From Gammaproteobacteria bacterium (GTDB taxonomy: Bacteria > Pseudomonadota > Gammaproteobacteria > Eutrophobiales > Eutrophobiaceae): a stretch of 64,000 nt of DNA. The DNA lies in contig CBDCDS010000003.1 of NCBI GenBank assembly GCA_965215365.1, positions 2,208,001-2,272,000 on the forward strand, written 5' to 3'. The position numbers and the translations under genes are program-made. Every line of letters begins with the position of its first letter. Positions within the stretch are counted from its first letter, which is position 1. Below, piece after piece: positions 52,279-61,856 of the stretch. The notes below the pieces were generated by a model, which searched no databases, was not told the origin of the DNA, and saw only the letters and a program-made list of their open reading frames with translations.

Positions 52279-53136
52279 ATGGTTTCCAGCATGACCGCGT
52301 TTGCCAGAGTTGAGGAGTCCGAGGAATGGGGCTATGCAGTATGGGAAATTCGCACCGTTAATCACCGCTACCTCGATATTTCGCTACGGTTGCCCGAGCA
52401 ACTGCGGGCGCTGGAAGGCGGCGTCAGGGAACGTATTGCCGGCAGTCTCAAACGCGGCAAGGTGGAATGCAGCCTGCGCTACGATGCCGAAGCCGCACTG
52501 GAAGAGCTTACCATCAACAGCAGACTCGCTGCAAGGCTCATTGCGGCCGCGTACAAGCTGCCGCTGACCAGCCCCGCCCCTGTCAACCCCATCGAGGTGC
52601 TACGTTGGCCCGGCGTGATTGAGAGGAACACACCCGACCTGGAGCAGACCCGCGCGCGCCTGTTCAAGCTGTTGGACCGGGCCTTACAAGAGCTGCTCGA
52701 CAACCGCCGCCGGGAAGGAGAAAAAACCGCGCGCATGATCGAAGAACGCTGTGAACTTGCCCTGCAACAAGTAGGCAAGCTGCGTACTGGCGTGCCGGAA
52801 ATTATCAGCGCACTCAGCGCGCGCTATCTGGCCCGGGCGCGAGAACTGGACCTGGAAGCCGAGCGCGGACGCCTGGAACAGGAGGTCGCTCTGATCGCGC
52901 AAAAACTGGATGTGGACGAAGAACTGGACCGGCTGGAAACCCATATCCTCGAAGTACAGCGCGTCCTGACCGAGAGCAACCCCATCGGCCGCCGCCTGGA
53001 TTTCCTCATGCAGGAAATGAACCGCGAAGCCAACACCCTGGGCTCAAAATCCGCCCACATCGACACCAGCAACGCCTCCATAGAACTCAAGGTATTGATC
53101 GAACAGATGCGCGAACAGGTGCAAAATATCGAGTGA
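52279..53136 (+). CDS. yicC: YicC-family endoribonuclease
   Basis: SMTAFAR, VNHRYLD, GRRLDFLMQEMNREANTLGSK, EQVQNIE; divergent from rph. Confidence 0.95.
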   Translation: MVSSMTAFARVEESEEWGYAVWEIRTVNHRYLDISLRLPEQLRALEGGVRERIAGSLKRGKVECSLRYDAEAALEELTINSRLAARLIAAAYKLPLTSPAPVNPIEVLRWPGVIERNTPDLEQTRARLFKLLDRALQELLDNRRREGEKTARMIEERCELALQQVGKLRTGVPEIISALSARYLARARELDLEAERGRLEQEVALIAQKLDVDEELDRLETHILEVQRVLTESNPIGRRLDFLMQEMNREANTLGSKSAHIDTSNASIELKVLIEQMREQVQNIE

Positions 53137-53141
53137 AATGG

Positions 53142-54290
53142 TTACCCTGAACCCTGCAGTCGCGCTAACTCCTTGACCGTGCATACGGTATAGATGATGT
53201 TGTTGCGGCGCACCCGATAAGCGTTTTTCGGGTGGGGTGAGACGACATAGTTTTCGCCTTGGGGGTACCTAGAGCGGAATTTTTCAACGCCGACGGTATT
53301 GAACCGGTCAGGGTTGATCTTGCATTCAATGGTGTCTATCCGGTCACGAGCGTGCCGCACTACAAAATCCACCTCGCGGCGCGATCTATCCTGCCAGTAG
53401 AATATGTCTTTATCAGCGTGTTGGCAGCGCAGGGCATCCAGCGCCAGGTGTTCCCACAGCAGGCCGCGATCATCCTCTCTGAGGTTGTCCCAGCCCTTTT
53501 CAAAGGTAACAAACCCGGTATCGAAAGCATAACACTTGGGACGGCTGACCACCTCGCGTTTGCCACCACCATGAAACGGCGGCAACAAGAACACCGCATG
53601 GGCAACCTGCAAGGCGTCGAGGTGTGACTTGACCGTAGGGCGACTTTGCTCACTCAGGCTAGACAGGCGACTGTAGTCCAGCTGCCCTCCGCTCTGGCGT
53701 AGCAGGAGCCTGAACAGAGACAGGAAACCCTGACGATTGCGAATCCCGAACAGTTCCAGGATGTCCCGGGCATAGAAGCTGTCAAGCCACTCATTGAAGA
53801 AGGCAGGGTCTTTGCCGGCTGCCAGCAATGCTTCGGGCAAACCGCCGGACAGCAAACGCCGGTCCAGGTCGCGCACAGCGAAGGCATCTGTGCACTCTTC
53901 CCACAGTACCGGGCAAAGATGGACAGCCTGTTTGCGCCCGGTGAGCGAGTCGCGGAACTTGCGGGTTGCCGCCAGGGTGGATGAACCCGTGGCCAGTATG
54001 CGCAACTGCGGATATTCATCGGCAGCGATCTTCAGCAACCGACTCGGGTCGTCAAGCCGGTGCACCTCATCAAAAATCAATACCCGACCGGGCGCCTGAC
54101 CATCAAGAAACAACTCCGGCTCTTCCAGGCTCCGCTGCACGGAAGGCAGGTCACAATTCAGGTAAACTGCATCAGGCAACATCCTCGCAAGCGTCGTCTT
54201 GCCCGCCCGGCGCACACCGGACAACCATACAATAGAACGACGCGACCACCCGTTCTCAAGCTGTTTTAACCATAAGTCTCGCTTAATCAT
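53142..54290 (-). CDS. AAA_14 ATPase with DUF4143
   Basis: GVRRAGKT, IFDEVH, TGSS, SLTGR, KCYAFDTG, EVDFV...IECK. Confidence 0.88.
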   Translation of the reverse strand: MIKRDLWLKQLENGWSRRSIVWLSGVRRAGKTTLARMLPDAVYLNCDLPSVQRSLEEPELFLDGQAPGRVLIFDEVHRLDDPSRLLKIAADEYPQLRILATGSSTLAATRKFRDSLTGRKQAVHLCPVLWEECTDAFAVRDLDRRLLSGGLPEALLAAGKDPAFFNEWLDSFYARDILELFGIRNRQGFLSLFRLLLRQSGGQLDYSRLSSLSEQSRPTVKSHLDALQVAHAVFLLPPFHGGGKREVVSRPKCYAFDTGFVTFEKGWDNLREDDRGLLWEHLALDALRCQHADKDIFYWQDRSRREVDFVVRHARDRIDTIECKINPDRFNTVGVEKFRSRYPQGENYVVSPHPKNAYRVRRNNIIYTVCTVKELARLQGSG

Positions 54291-54294
54291 AACC

Positions 54295-54328
54295 CTATTT
54301 TACATTTATCCGTATAAATGTAAAATAG
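54295..54328 (-). promoter_or_regulatory. Perfect 15-bp inverted repeat over the promoter of an ATPase gene
   Basis: CTATTTTACATTTAT-CCGT-ATAAATGTAAAATAG, 4 nt from the ATG. Confidence 0.7.
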
Positions 54329-54439
54329 AGATCAATAAAAACTGCTATAGATCGAATTGCGAATTTCCATTATACGTCAACTATGGTTTACATTTTATGG
54401 TTTGTTAATTCCCTCTTCGAGGCTTTCGTTGAATTATTT

Positions 54440-54970
54440 TCAGCGGCGCCCCGCTATATGACCTGCCTCTCCCAACAAATCCTCCAACCGAAACGCGGCT
54501 ATTCGAAATACCTGGCCCAGACATTCGTTGAATTCATCTTCCGGGGCGTTGTCCAGACGGGCATGGAAGTTTTCCATGATTTTGTCCGGGGTCAGTCCTT
54601 TCACTGCCAGGATGAAGGGAAAGCCGAATTTCTGCCGGTAGCGTCGGTTCAGGTCGGCCAGTAGCGCCACTTGGGCGTCGTGTTCCCGTTGCAGGCCGGC
54701 GCCGGCTTGCTCAGCGGCGGAGTAGCCGGTTAAGGGTTGTTTGGCGCCGAGCTCCGGGTGTGTTTGCAGCAGCTTGAGCTGCGTGTCCCGGTCGGCGTTC
54801 CGGACCGCATTAAAAAGGGTTTCAATCAGGGTTTGGGTGCTGTCAAACGGCGCGCATTGCCAGGCTGCCTGGGCTACCCAGGGCGAGTCTTCAAACACGC
54901 CAGCGAATACTTCTATAAACGCACGCTGGCTCATCTCATTGATTTCATTCAGATTATATTCACGATTCAT
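54440..54970 (-). CDS. uraD: OHCU decarboxylase
   Basis: VFEDSPWVA, HPELG, SAAEQAGAGL, YRQKFGFPFILAVKG. Confidence 0.93.
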   Translation of the reverse strand: MNREYNLNEINEMSQRAFIEVFAGVFEDSPWVAQAAWQCAPFDSTQTLIETLFNAVRNADRDTQLKLLQTHPELGAKQPLTGYSAAEQAGAGLQREHDAQVALLADLNRRYRQKFGFPFILAVKGLTPDKIMENFHARLDNAPEDEFNECLGQVFRIAAFRLEDLLGEAGHIAGRR

Positions 54971-56115
54971 AATATTGCCGAGTTATCCCGGCGCCATAAC
55001 AGCCGGCTTGTGGCGAACAGGACGAACAGCAGGCTGACTGCAATGAATACCAACGGGAAACCGCCGGGGTCGCGGACATCCATGGCCACGCCAGTGAGTG
55101 GCGGCCACACCAGACTGCCGACGCCCCACAGCATACCGAGTGAAACATTGGCCGTGACCAGGTCCCTGCCACGGAAATGCTGGCCGATCAGGGTCAGCAC
55201 CGCGGTGTAGATGCCGGCAAACGCGCCACCCCAGCCAAACAGCAACAGGTAGAGGAAGATACCGGCATTCATGGCATAAGGCAGCAGGATGGCACCGGCC
55301 AGACTGCCCAGGCCGCAGCACACCAGCACCCCATAGCGATTAAAGCGATCCGCCAGCCAGCCCATGGGGTAAGACAGCGCCACACCGCCCAGACCGACAA
55401 CCGTCAGCATGACTGCGGCGCCGGCTTCGCTCATACCACTGCGGATGCCATATACCGGCAACAATGAATTACCCGCTGTTTCCTTGGCGGAGAACAACAG
55501 CACCGCAACCACCAGCGTCGGCGCCACCCATACGAAACTGAGAATATTAAAAGAGGGCTCATCCTGGGTGGATAAACGGTGCGCGCCGGTCCACAACAAC
55601 GGCAACGCGGCCAGGGCGACGGCACCAGCCCCTATCAGGAACGGCGTCCAGCCCTGTATGCCCACCGCCGGTATCACTAGTGGCCCCAAGGCAATGGTGG
55701 CCGCAAGCAGGCCGTTATACAGACCCATCAATCGCCCCCGGTTGGCATCGGTGACAATTTCGTTGATCCAGGTCTCGCTGGTCACCAGCAAGCAGTTAGT
55801 CATGGCGCCCAGGGAGATACCTAGGGCGAACCAGACATACAGGTGATCGAAACGCGGAAATTGCAATAACGTTACCAGGTCCAGTGCCAGTGCCAGTAAC
55901 AGGAAACGCTGCATACCCAGTTTTTCAACCAGTACCGGAATGAACGGGGTGGACAGGAAGATGCCGATAGCGGGCATGGCGGCATTGAGTCCGATGAGGC
56001 TGCGCTCAATAGCGCGCGCTTCCAGCAACAACGCCAGCAACGGCCGGCTCAGGCCTAGGGTGAAGCCGTACATGGCCACGCAGGCGAAGATCGCACACAG
56101 TGCCCTAGCCCGCAT
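54967..56115 (-). CDS. MFS transporter
   Basis: About 12 hydrophobic segments; ETWINE..RGRLMGLY; GWLADRFNR. Confidence 0.88.
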   Translation of the reverse strand: MRARALCAIFACVAMYGFTLGLSRPLLALLLEARAIERSLIGLNAAMPAIGIFLSTPFIPVLVEKLGMQRFLLLALALDLVTLLQFPRFDHLYVWFALGISLGAMTNCLLVTSETWINEIVTDANRGRLMGLYNGLLAATIALGPLVIPAVGIQGWTPFLIGAGAVALAALPLLWTGAHRLSTQDEPSFNILSFVWVAPTLVVAVLLFSAKETAGNSLLPVYGIRSGMSEAGAAVMLTVVGLGGVALSYPMGWLADRFNRYGVLVCCGLGSLAGAILLPYAMNAGIFLYLLLFGWGGAFAGIYTAVLTLIGQHFRGRDLVTANVSLGMLWGVGSLVWPPLTGVAMDVRDPGGFPLVFIAVSLLFVLFATSRLLWRRDNSAIL

Positions 56116-56172
56116 ATCTCACCAAGTCGCTTGTTGCCTTATGAAACATGTTTGCTATCAATAAGTTATAGT
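56106..56172. mobile_element. Truncated copy of the 6960-7204 MITE left end
   Basis: TAGCCCGCATATCTCACCAAGTCGCTTGTTGCCTTAT...TCAATAAGTTAT matches 6960-7023. Confidence 0.8.
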
Positions 56173-56182
56173 AACCTCTAAT

Positions 56183-57097
56183 TTAGAGGTGACCTTTATG
56201 CAGGTCATGCCAATGTCTGGCTATTTCCACCCGGCGGCAGAGCCAGACTCCTTCGTGTTGCTGCACGTAATCCAAAAAACGCGCCAGCGCCGCGGCCCGC
56301 CCCGGCCTGCCGACGATGCGGCAATGCAGCCCGACCGACATCATTTTCGGCGCAGTCTCTCCTTCCCGGTAGAGCAGGTCGAACGTATCCTTGAGGTAGC
56401 TGAAAAACTGCTCGCCGCTGTTAAAGCCCTGGTGGGTGGCAAAACGCATGTCGTTGACGTCCAGGGTGTAAGGGATTACCAGATGCGCACGGTTGTTCAC
56501 TCTCTCCCAATAGGGCAAATCGTCCGCATAGGAATCTGCGTCATACAAAAAGCCACCATGTTCGACGACCAGACGCCGGGTCTGGGGGCTGTCGCGCCCG
56601 GTGTACCAGCCCAGCGGCGGGCTACCGGTCAGTGCGGTCAGGGTCTGCACGGCCAGACTGATATGTTCACGCTCGGTCGCCTCGTCCACACACTGGTAAT
56701 TGATCCAGCGCCAACCGTGGCCGGCGATCTCATGGCCGTCCTTGAGCATAGCCTGGAGCGCCTCAGGATGGCGCTGCAAGGCCATCGCCACCCCGAACAC
56801 GGTGACCTTGATAGCACGCTCGCGAAAAATGCGTAACAGGCGCCAGACACCGGCGCGGCTGCCGTACTCATACAGGGATTCCATGCTCTTATGACGCATG
56901 CCGGCAAACGCTTCGGCACCGATGAGCTCGGATAAAAAGGTCTCGGATGCCGCATCGCCGTGCAACACGGAGTTTTCTGCGCCTTCCTCGTAATTAAGTA
57001 CAATCTGCAACGCCAGACGCGCGCCGCCGGGCCAGCGCGGGTCCGGCGGGCGGGCACCGTAGCCGATCAAATCACGGGGATAATCTGCTTCGCTCAT
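56183..57097 (-). CDS. puuE: Allantoinase PuuE (polysaccharide deacetylase family)
   Basis: YPRDLIGYG, NYEEGAE, ESLYEYGSRAGVWR, GWYTGRDS, GLHCRIVGRPGR. Confidence 0.95.
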   Translation of the reverse strand: MSEADYPRDLIGYGARPPDPRWPGGARLALQIVLNYEEGAENSVLHGDAASETFLSELIGAEAFAGMRHKSMESLYEYGSRAGVWRLLRIFRERAIKVTVFGVAMALQRHPEALQAMLKDGHEIAGHGWRWINYQCVDEATEREHISLAVQTLTALTGSPPLGWYTGRDSPQTRRLVVEHGGFLYDADSYADDLPYWERVNNRAHLVIPYTLDVNDMRFATHQGFNSGEQFFSYLKDTFDLLYREGETAPKMMSVGLHCRIVGRPGRAAALARFLDYVQQHEGVWLCRRVEIARHWHDLHKGHL

Positions 57098-57192
57098 AAC
57101 GGGCTAATCGTACAGGTGATAGATGCAAAAAACCATTATAATGGCCCCAATAATGACCCCGGCCACCACCATTTCAGAGACACATAGTATAA

Positions 57193-58251
57193 ATGAGCAA
57201 AAATTTACAACTGCCAGAGCTAATGCGCGAGTTTGTTGACCTCGCGGATGAGCGCATGGGCAGCAAGGTGATTTATTGCACGGATGAGTTCTTTGCTGCT
57301 GTGGAAAACCTGCTGAAACCCAAGCAACCGGTCAGTATTCCCGATAAATTTACCGCTCGGGGCAAGTGGATGGACGGCTGGGAGTCCCGCCGCCGGCGTG
57401 GCGGGGGGCATGATTACTGTATCGTACAGTTTGGCATTTCCGGCATCATCAAGGCGGTGGATGTGGACACCCGGCATTTCACCGGGAATTACCCGGGCCG
57501 GGTCGCGCTGGAGGTCTGTAATTCCATCACGCCGCCGGACACGACCACGCACTGGACGACGCTGATACCCGCAACCCACCTGCAAGGCGATGCCCACAAC
57601 CTGTTTGCTGTCGATGATGCTGATATCCGGACCCACGCCCGTCTGAATATTTACCCGGACGGAGGCGTGGCGCGCCTGCGCATCTACGGCAACGCCTACC
57701 GTGACTGGTCGGGTATTGACAACAAGCAGTTTCTCGACCTGGTCGGTGTGGAAAACGGCGGCCGCACACTGGCCTGTAATGATGAACATTTTGGCAATAT
57801 GGGCAATATCATCATGCCCGGACGCGCCCTCAATATGGGCGACGGCTGGGAAACCCGCAGACGTCGGGATGGCGGCCATGACTGGCTTATCCTGCAACTC
57901 GGCCACGCTGGCATTATTGACACCGTGAACGTGGATACCGCTTTTTTCCGGGGCAATTATCCGGACCGCGTGAGTCTGGACGCCTTGTACCGGCCCGGGT
58001 TCGGCAAGGATACGCCGCCCCTGGAAGGTCCTGCCCGAGATGACGCGCCGGGGCGGAACCCGGATGCCTTGCTCAACCACGGCGCCACCTGGCAGCCGCT
58101 GTTGACAGAACAAAAACTGCGACCGGACCGGGAACATCTTTTCAAAAAAGAGCTGCAAGACGTGGGGCCGGTCAGCCATATCAGGGTGAACATCCACCCC
58201 GACGGTGGCCTCAGCCGGTTGCGCGCCTATGGCTATAAATACACAGAGTAA
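57193..58251 (+). CDS. alc: Allantoicase
   Basis: Two repeats with DGWE(S/T)RRRR, DTxxFxGNYP and PDGGxxRLR. Confidence 0.95.
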   Translation: MSKNLQLPELMREFVDLADERMGSKVIYCTDEFFAAVENLLKPKQPVSIPDKFTARGKWMDGWESRRRRGGGHDYCIVQFGISGIIKAVDVDTRHFTGNYPGRVALEVCNSITPPDTTTHWTTLIPATHLQGDAHNLFAVDDADIRTHARLNIYPDGGVARLRIYGNAYRDWSGIDNKQFLDLVGVENGGRTLACNDEHFGNMGNIIMPGRALNMGDGWETRRRRDGGHDWLILQLGHAGIIDTVNVDTAFFRGNYPDRVSLDALYRPGFGKDTPPLEGPARDDAPGRNPDALLNHGATWQPLLTEQKLRPDREHLFKKELQDVGPVSHIRVNIHPDGGLSRLRAYGYKYTE

Positions 58252-58351
58252 ATTCCAGATTTCTAACTACCTGCTCGCCCTGACAAACCGTTACTCTACT
58301 CCTCTCGAACGAGCCTGAGTGAGTCCGCATACCTATTACACAACTAAGCAC

Positions 58352-58909
58352 ATGGAAAAATTTTACATTCACTCCCAGCAATTACTGGAAGACTCATTCC
58401 GACTGGCCGCAGATATTTATGCCAGTGGCTTTCGCCCTCATTTTATTGTCGGGATCTGGCGCGGCGGCTCTCCGGTCGGTATCGCAGTGCAGGAATACTT
58501 CGAGTTCAGGGAGGTGCAGACCGATCACATTGCCATCCGCACCTCCTCATACACCGGCATTGGCGAGCAGTCGAAAATCATCCGGGTACACGGCCTGCAT
58601 TACATCATCGAGAACGTCAATGCGGAGGATTCCCTGCTCATCGTCGATGACGTATTCGATTCCGGCAGGAGCATCCGCGCGGTGCTCGATGAGTTAGCGG
58701 AGAAGACCCGGCGCAATATGCCGACCGATCTGAAAATTGCCTGCCCCTGGTACAAGCCTGACAGCAACAAAACCGACATCGTGCCGGACTATTACATCCA
58801 TGAAACCGACCAATGGCTGGTCTTCCCGCACGAACTCGCTGGCCTGACGATTGCGGAGATCAAGGCGGGAAAAGAGGACTTGAGAAAGATCTGTGATTTG
58901 CTAAAATAA
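58352..58909 (+). CDS. Purine phosphoribosyltransferase (type I PRTase)
   Basis: GIWRGG; PRPP-binding LLIVDDVFDSGRS; WLVFPHE. Confidence 0.88.
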   Translation: MEKFYIHSQQLLEDSFRLAADIYASGFRPHFIVGIWRGGSPVGIAVQEYFEFREVQTDHIAIRTSSYTGIGEQSKIIRVHGLHYIIENVNAEDSLLIVDDVFDSGRSIRAVLDELAEKTRRNMPTDLKIACPWYKPDSNKTDIVPDYYIHETDQWLVFPHELAGLTIAEIKAGKEDLRKICDLLK

Positions 58910-60109
58910 GGGCGGGCGGTGCAGTAGATTCCCCTTACTGTGATCCGAGCCGATAAACTTCCCCTCAGCAACCATCCTCAGCGCAGTGGTATAAGGCAGC
59001 ACTGCCACTTGTCCGTACTGCTGCGCCCGTTCCCCCAGGTAAATCCCAAAGGCCTGTTGTATCTCTCCTGCCTGCAACAACGTGTTCAAGCCCTTGTTGA
59101 ACTGTTTGCGCCACACCGTCGATGATTTGATCTCAAAGCCGAGCGCCTGCCGACCCCGTTTCCATATCAGGTCCACCTCCGTGCCGGATGGAGTGCGCCA
59201 GTAATACAACTGTCCACCTAGGGAACGCCAGGAGTTGAGTGCTCTGAATTCATTAAGGATGAACGTCTCAAACAAAGTTCCCAGTTCCAATGCGGACGGC
59301 TGGTCCCGGTGCAAACCTGCCAGCGCCCGCTGCACGCCGCAATCAAACAGGTAGAACTTGACGTGCGCAACCTCTTTTACTTTAACCTTGTTACGGTAGG
59401 CCGGCAAGAACCAGCCCAGCATGGTGTCCTCTAGGATACTGAAATAACCCTGTACCGTGGACCTGGCAACGCCTGTTTCCCTAGCGATATTGCTGATATT
59501 CAGTAGCTGTCCGTTGACCAGTGCAGCAACGCTCAAGAAGCGGTAAAAACTGTCCAGGTTCCGGGTCAGGGCTTCCTGTTGGATCTCCTCCTTGAGATAA
59601 GTCTCCACGTATGCATCCAGAAAATCGATTTTCCCCGGCTCCCCTGTGGCAGTGACACTCATCGGCAACTGCCCGTAGCGCAGGGCATCCGGCAGATTGA
59701 AGTCCGCGCCAGTCTCCAACATACTCAAGGGAAACATCTTTCTGGAAAGCGCCCGTCCGGCCAGCATATTGGCATTTGAACGTTTGAGCTTTCTGGCACT
59801 TGAACCGGACAGGGCAAACCGGTAGTGGTGGTCGCTTGCAAATAATAGCGCATGGACATCATCCAGCAGCTCTGGCACTTTCTGTACCTCATCAATAATG
59901 ATCCAGGCATTACGGTCGCGCAAGGCCGCAACTTCCCGCGCCAGCAGGCCGGGCTCGCGCTTGTAGCGCAGGTATTCACCCGACTTCAGCAAGTCTATAG
60001 TTAACGACGCGTGCTGCAGGACTTGCTGCAACCACACGGATTTACCTGTCCCTCGTGGCCCAAACAGGAAGAAACTTTTATCAGGCAGTGTTAATAAGCG
60101 AGAATACAT
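58901..60109 (-). CDS. AAA_14 ATPase with DUF4143
   Basis: GPRGTGKS, IIDEVQK, SGSSARKL, LAGRA, KFYLFDCG, EVDLI...FEIK. Confidence 0.88.
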   Translation of the reverse strand: MYSRLLTLPDKSFFLFGPRGTGKSVWLQQVLQHASLTIDLLKSGEYLRYKREPGLLAREVAALRDRNAWIIIDEVQKVPELLDDVHALLFASDHHYRFALSGSSARKLKRSNANMLAGRALSRKMFPLSMLETGADFNLPDALRYGQLPMSVTATGEPGKIDFLDAYVETYLKEEIQQEALTRNLDSFYRFLSVAALVNGQLLNISNIARETGVARSTVQGYFSILEDTMLGWFLPAYRNKVKVKEVAHVKFYLFDCGVQRALAGLHRDQPSALELGTLFETFILNEFRALNSWRSLGGQLYYWRTPSGTEVDLIWKRGRQALGFEIKSSTVWRKQFNKGLNTLLQAGEIQQAFGIYLGERAQQYGQVAVLPYTTALRMVAEGKFIGSDHSKGNLLHRPPLF

Positions 60110-60156
60110 GTTGATAGTTCCGTTAAATTTACAGCAAAAATAACGGAACCATCAAC
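60110..60156 (-). promoter_or_regulatory. 16-bp inverted repeat (operator) abutting the ATPase start codon
   Basis: GTTGATAGTTCCGTTA-15 nt-TAACGGAACCATCAAC (1 mismatch); TTGACT-17 nt-TATTTT overlaps it on the minus strand. Confidence 0.65.
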
Positions 60157-60198
60157 AAAAGTCAAAGGGAATGCTGTGCAATACCGGATGTCACTGGC

Positions 60199-60220
60199 TA
60201 ACCCGCATATCTCACCAAGT
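60199..60220. repeat. Isolated MITE terminal repeat
   Basis: TAACCCGCATATCTCACCAAGT equals the reverse complement of 7183-7204. Confidence 0.75.
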
Positions 60221-60385
60221 GCCCTGATGCCTCTACTGCAACACTTACAATTCTACCACCGATTTACATTGACAAATCCGCACAGCGATTCGATGATGGT
60301 ACCAACATGACAGAGCAAGAGATATGCCCACCGTTGCCCGCATGCAAAAATTGAACCCCGATGTTGTTCACGTAGCAAACCGACC

Positions 60386-61261
60386 ATGAAAGACTTTCAA
60401 TACTTGGCGCCGCGCCAGCTCGATGAAGCCGCGCAGCTCATGGCCGCACATGCCGGCGCGGCGCAGCTGCTGGCCGGCGGCACCGACCTGCTCATCTTCA
60501 TGCGCACTGGTCGCAAGTCTCCCGACTTGGTCATTGATGCCAAAAAAATCCCGGAACTCACCTGCCTGGAACTTGACGCACAACAACTCAACATCGGCGC
60601 CGCGGTGACCTGCCGCACCCTCTGGGAGCGCCCGGACCTCTGCACAACCTACCCGGCCCTGGCCGACGCCACAACACGGGTCGGCGGGATCCAGATCCAG
60701 GGCCGGGCGACGCTGGGCGGCAACCTGTGCAACGCCGCGCCCAGCGCCGACACGGTGCCACCGCTCATTGTTTACGGTGCGCGGGCCACTATCGTCAGCG
60801 CCCGCGGACAACGCCAACTGCCGGCGCAAGACCTCTGCACAGCGCCCGGCCAAACCGCGCTGGCAGACGATGAAATCCTGGTCTCACTCAGCATTCCCGC
60901 GCCTGTGCCCCACTCCGGCGCGGCGTTCCTGCGCTTCACTCCACGCAATGAAATGGATATCGCGGTGGCAAATGTCGCCGTGCGCGTAGATCTGGACGCA
61001 GCCGGCAAGACCATCAAATCCGCCCGCATCGCCCTTGGTGCGGTGGCGCCCACGCCGCTGTTGGTCGCAGCCGCCGGCGCCGCGCTGTGCGGCCAACCCG
61101 TTAGCGCCGAGGCCATTGCCACGGCTGCGCGTATCGCCCGGGACGCGGCGATGCCGATTGACGACCTGCGCGGCACCCGTGCGCATCGCAAACAACTGGT
61201 TGAAGTTCTCACCACCAGGGCCTTGCGCGGTGCCATTGCTCGCGCACAGAATGAGCGATGA
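60386..61261 (+). CDS. Xanthine dehydrogenase/CoxM-family FAD subunit
   Basis: LAGGTDL, ATLGGNLCNAAPSAD, ARIALGAVAPTP. Confidence 0.92.
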   Translation: MKDFQYLAPRQLDEAAQLMAAHAGAAQLLAGGTDLLIFMRTGRKSPDLVIDAKKIPELTCLELDAQQLNIGAAVTCRTLWERPDLCTTYPALADATTRVGGIQIQGRATLGGNLCNAAPSADTVPPLIVYGARATIVSARGQRQLPAQDLCTAPGQTALADDEILVSLSIPAPVPHSGAAFLRFTPRNEMDIAVANVAVRVDLDAAGKTIKSARIALGAVAPTPLLVAAAGAALCGQPVSAEAIATAARIARDAAMPIDDLRGTRAHRKQLVEVLTTRALRGAIARAQNER

Positions 61262-61376
61262 CATTGCATCCGGCTGACACACTCTGGCTGCCCGTCGCCT
61301 CCCGCGCAACGCCCACTGAGGGCAAGCAGGGTAAACAGCACATCAACAGCATTGAAAATGGCAGGAGCACAGCTCA

Positions 61377-61856
61377 ATGAGCAATAAATTACTCGTCACC
61401 GCAACCATTAACGGCGAGCACAGGGAGTTTTTGTGTGATGCGCGCCAAAGCCTGCTGGAAGCCTTGCGCGATATACTCTGCCTCACCGGCACCAAGGAAG
61501 GTTGCAACGACGGCAACTGCGGTGCCTGCAGCGTGATTGTGGACGGCGTGCTGACCAATGCCTGCTGTCTGCTGGCAGTCGAGGTAGCAGAAAGCCGTAT
61601 CGAAACCGTTGAAGGGCTGGCAACAGGCGCCAAACTGCACCCTCTGCAACAGGCATTTTTGCAAGAAACCGGCTTGCAATGCGGCATTTGTACACCCGGT
61701 TTTTTGATGTCCGCAAAAGCCCTGCTGGATAAAACGCCCAAACCGGATGAGCAACAGGTACGCCACTGGCTGGCCGGCAACCTGTGTCGCTGCACCGGTT
61801 ACGACAAGTTGGTGCGCTCGGTATTAAAAGCGGCTGAGGCAATGGCAAGCCCATGA
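61377..61856 (+). CDS. Xanthine dehydrogenase/CoxS-family 2Fe-2S subunit
   Basis: GTKEGCNDGNCGAC, QCGICTPG, GNLCRCTGY. Confidence 0.94.
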   Translation: MSNKLLVTATINGEHREFLCDARQSLLEALRDILCLTGTKEGCNDGNCGACSVIVDGVLTNACCLLAVEVAESRIETVEGLATGAKLHPLQQAFLQETGLQCGICTPGFLMSAKALLDKTPKPDEQQVRHWLAGNLCRCTGYDKLVRSVLKAAEAMASP

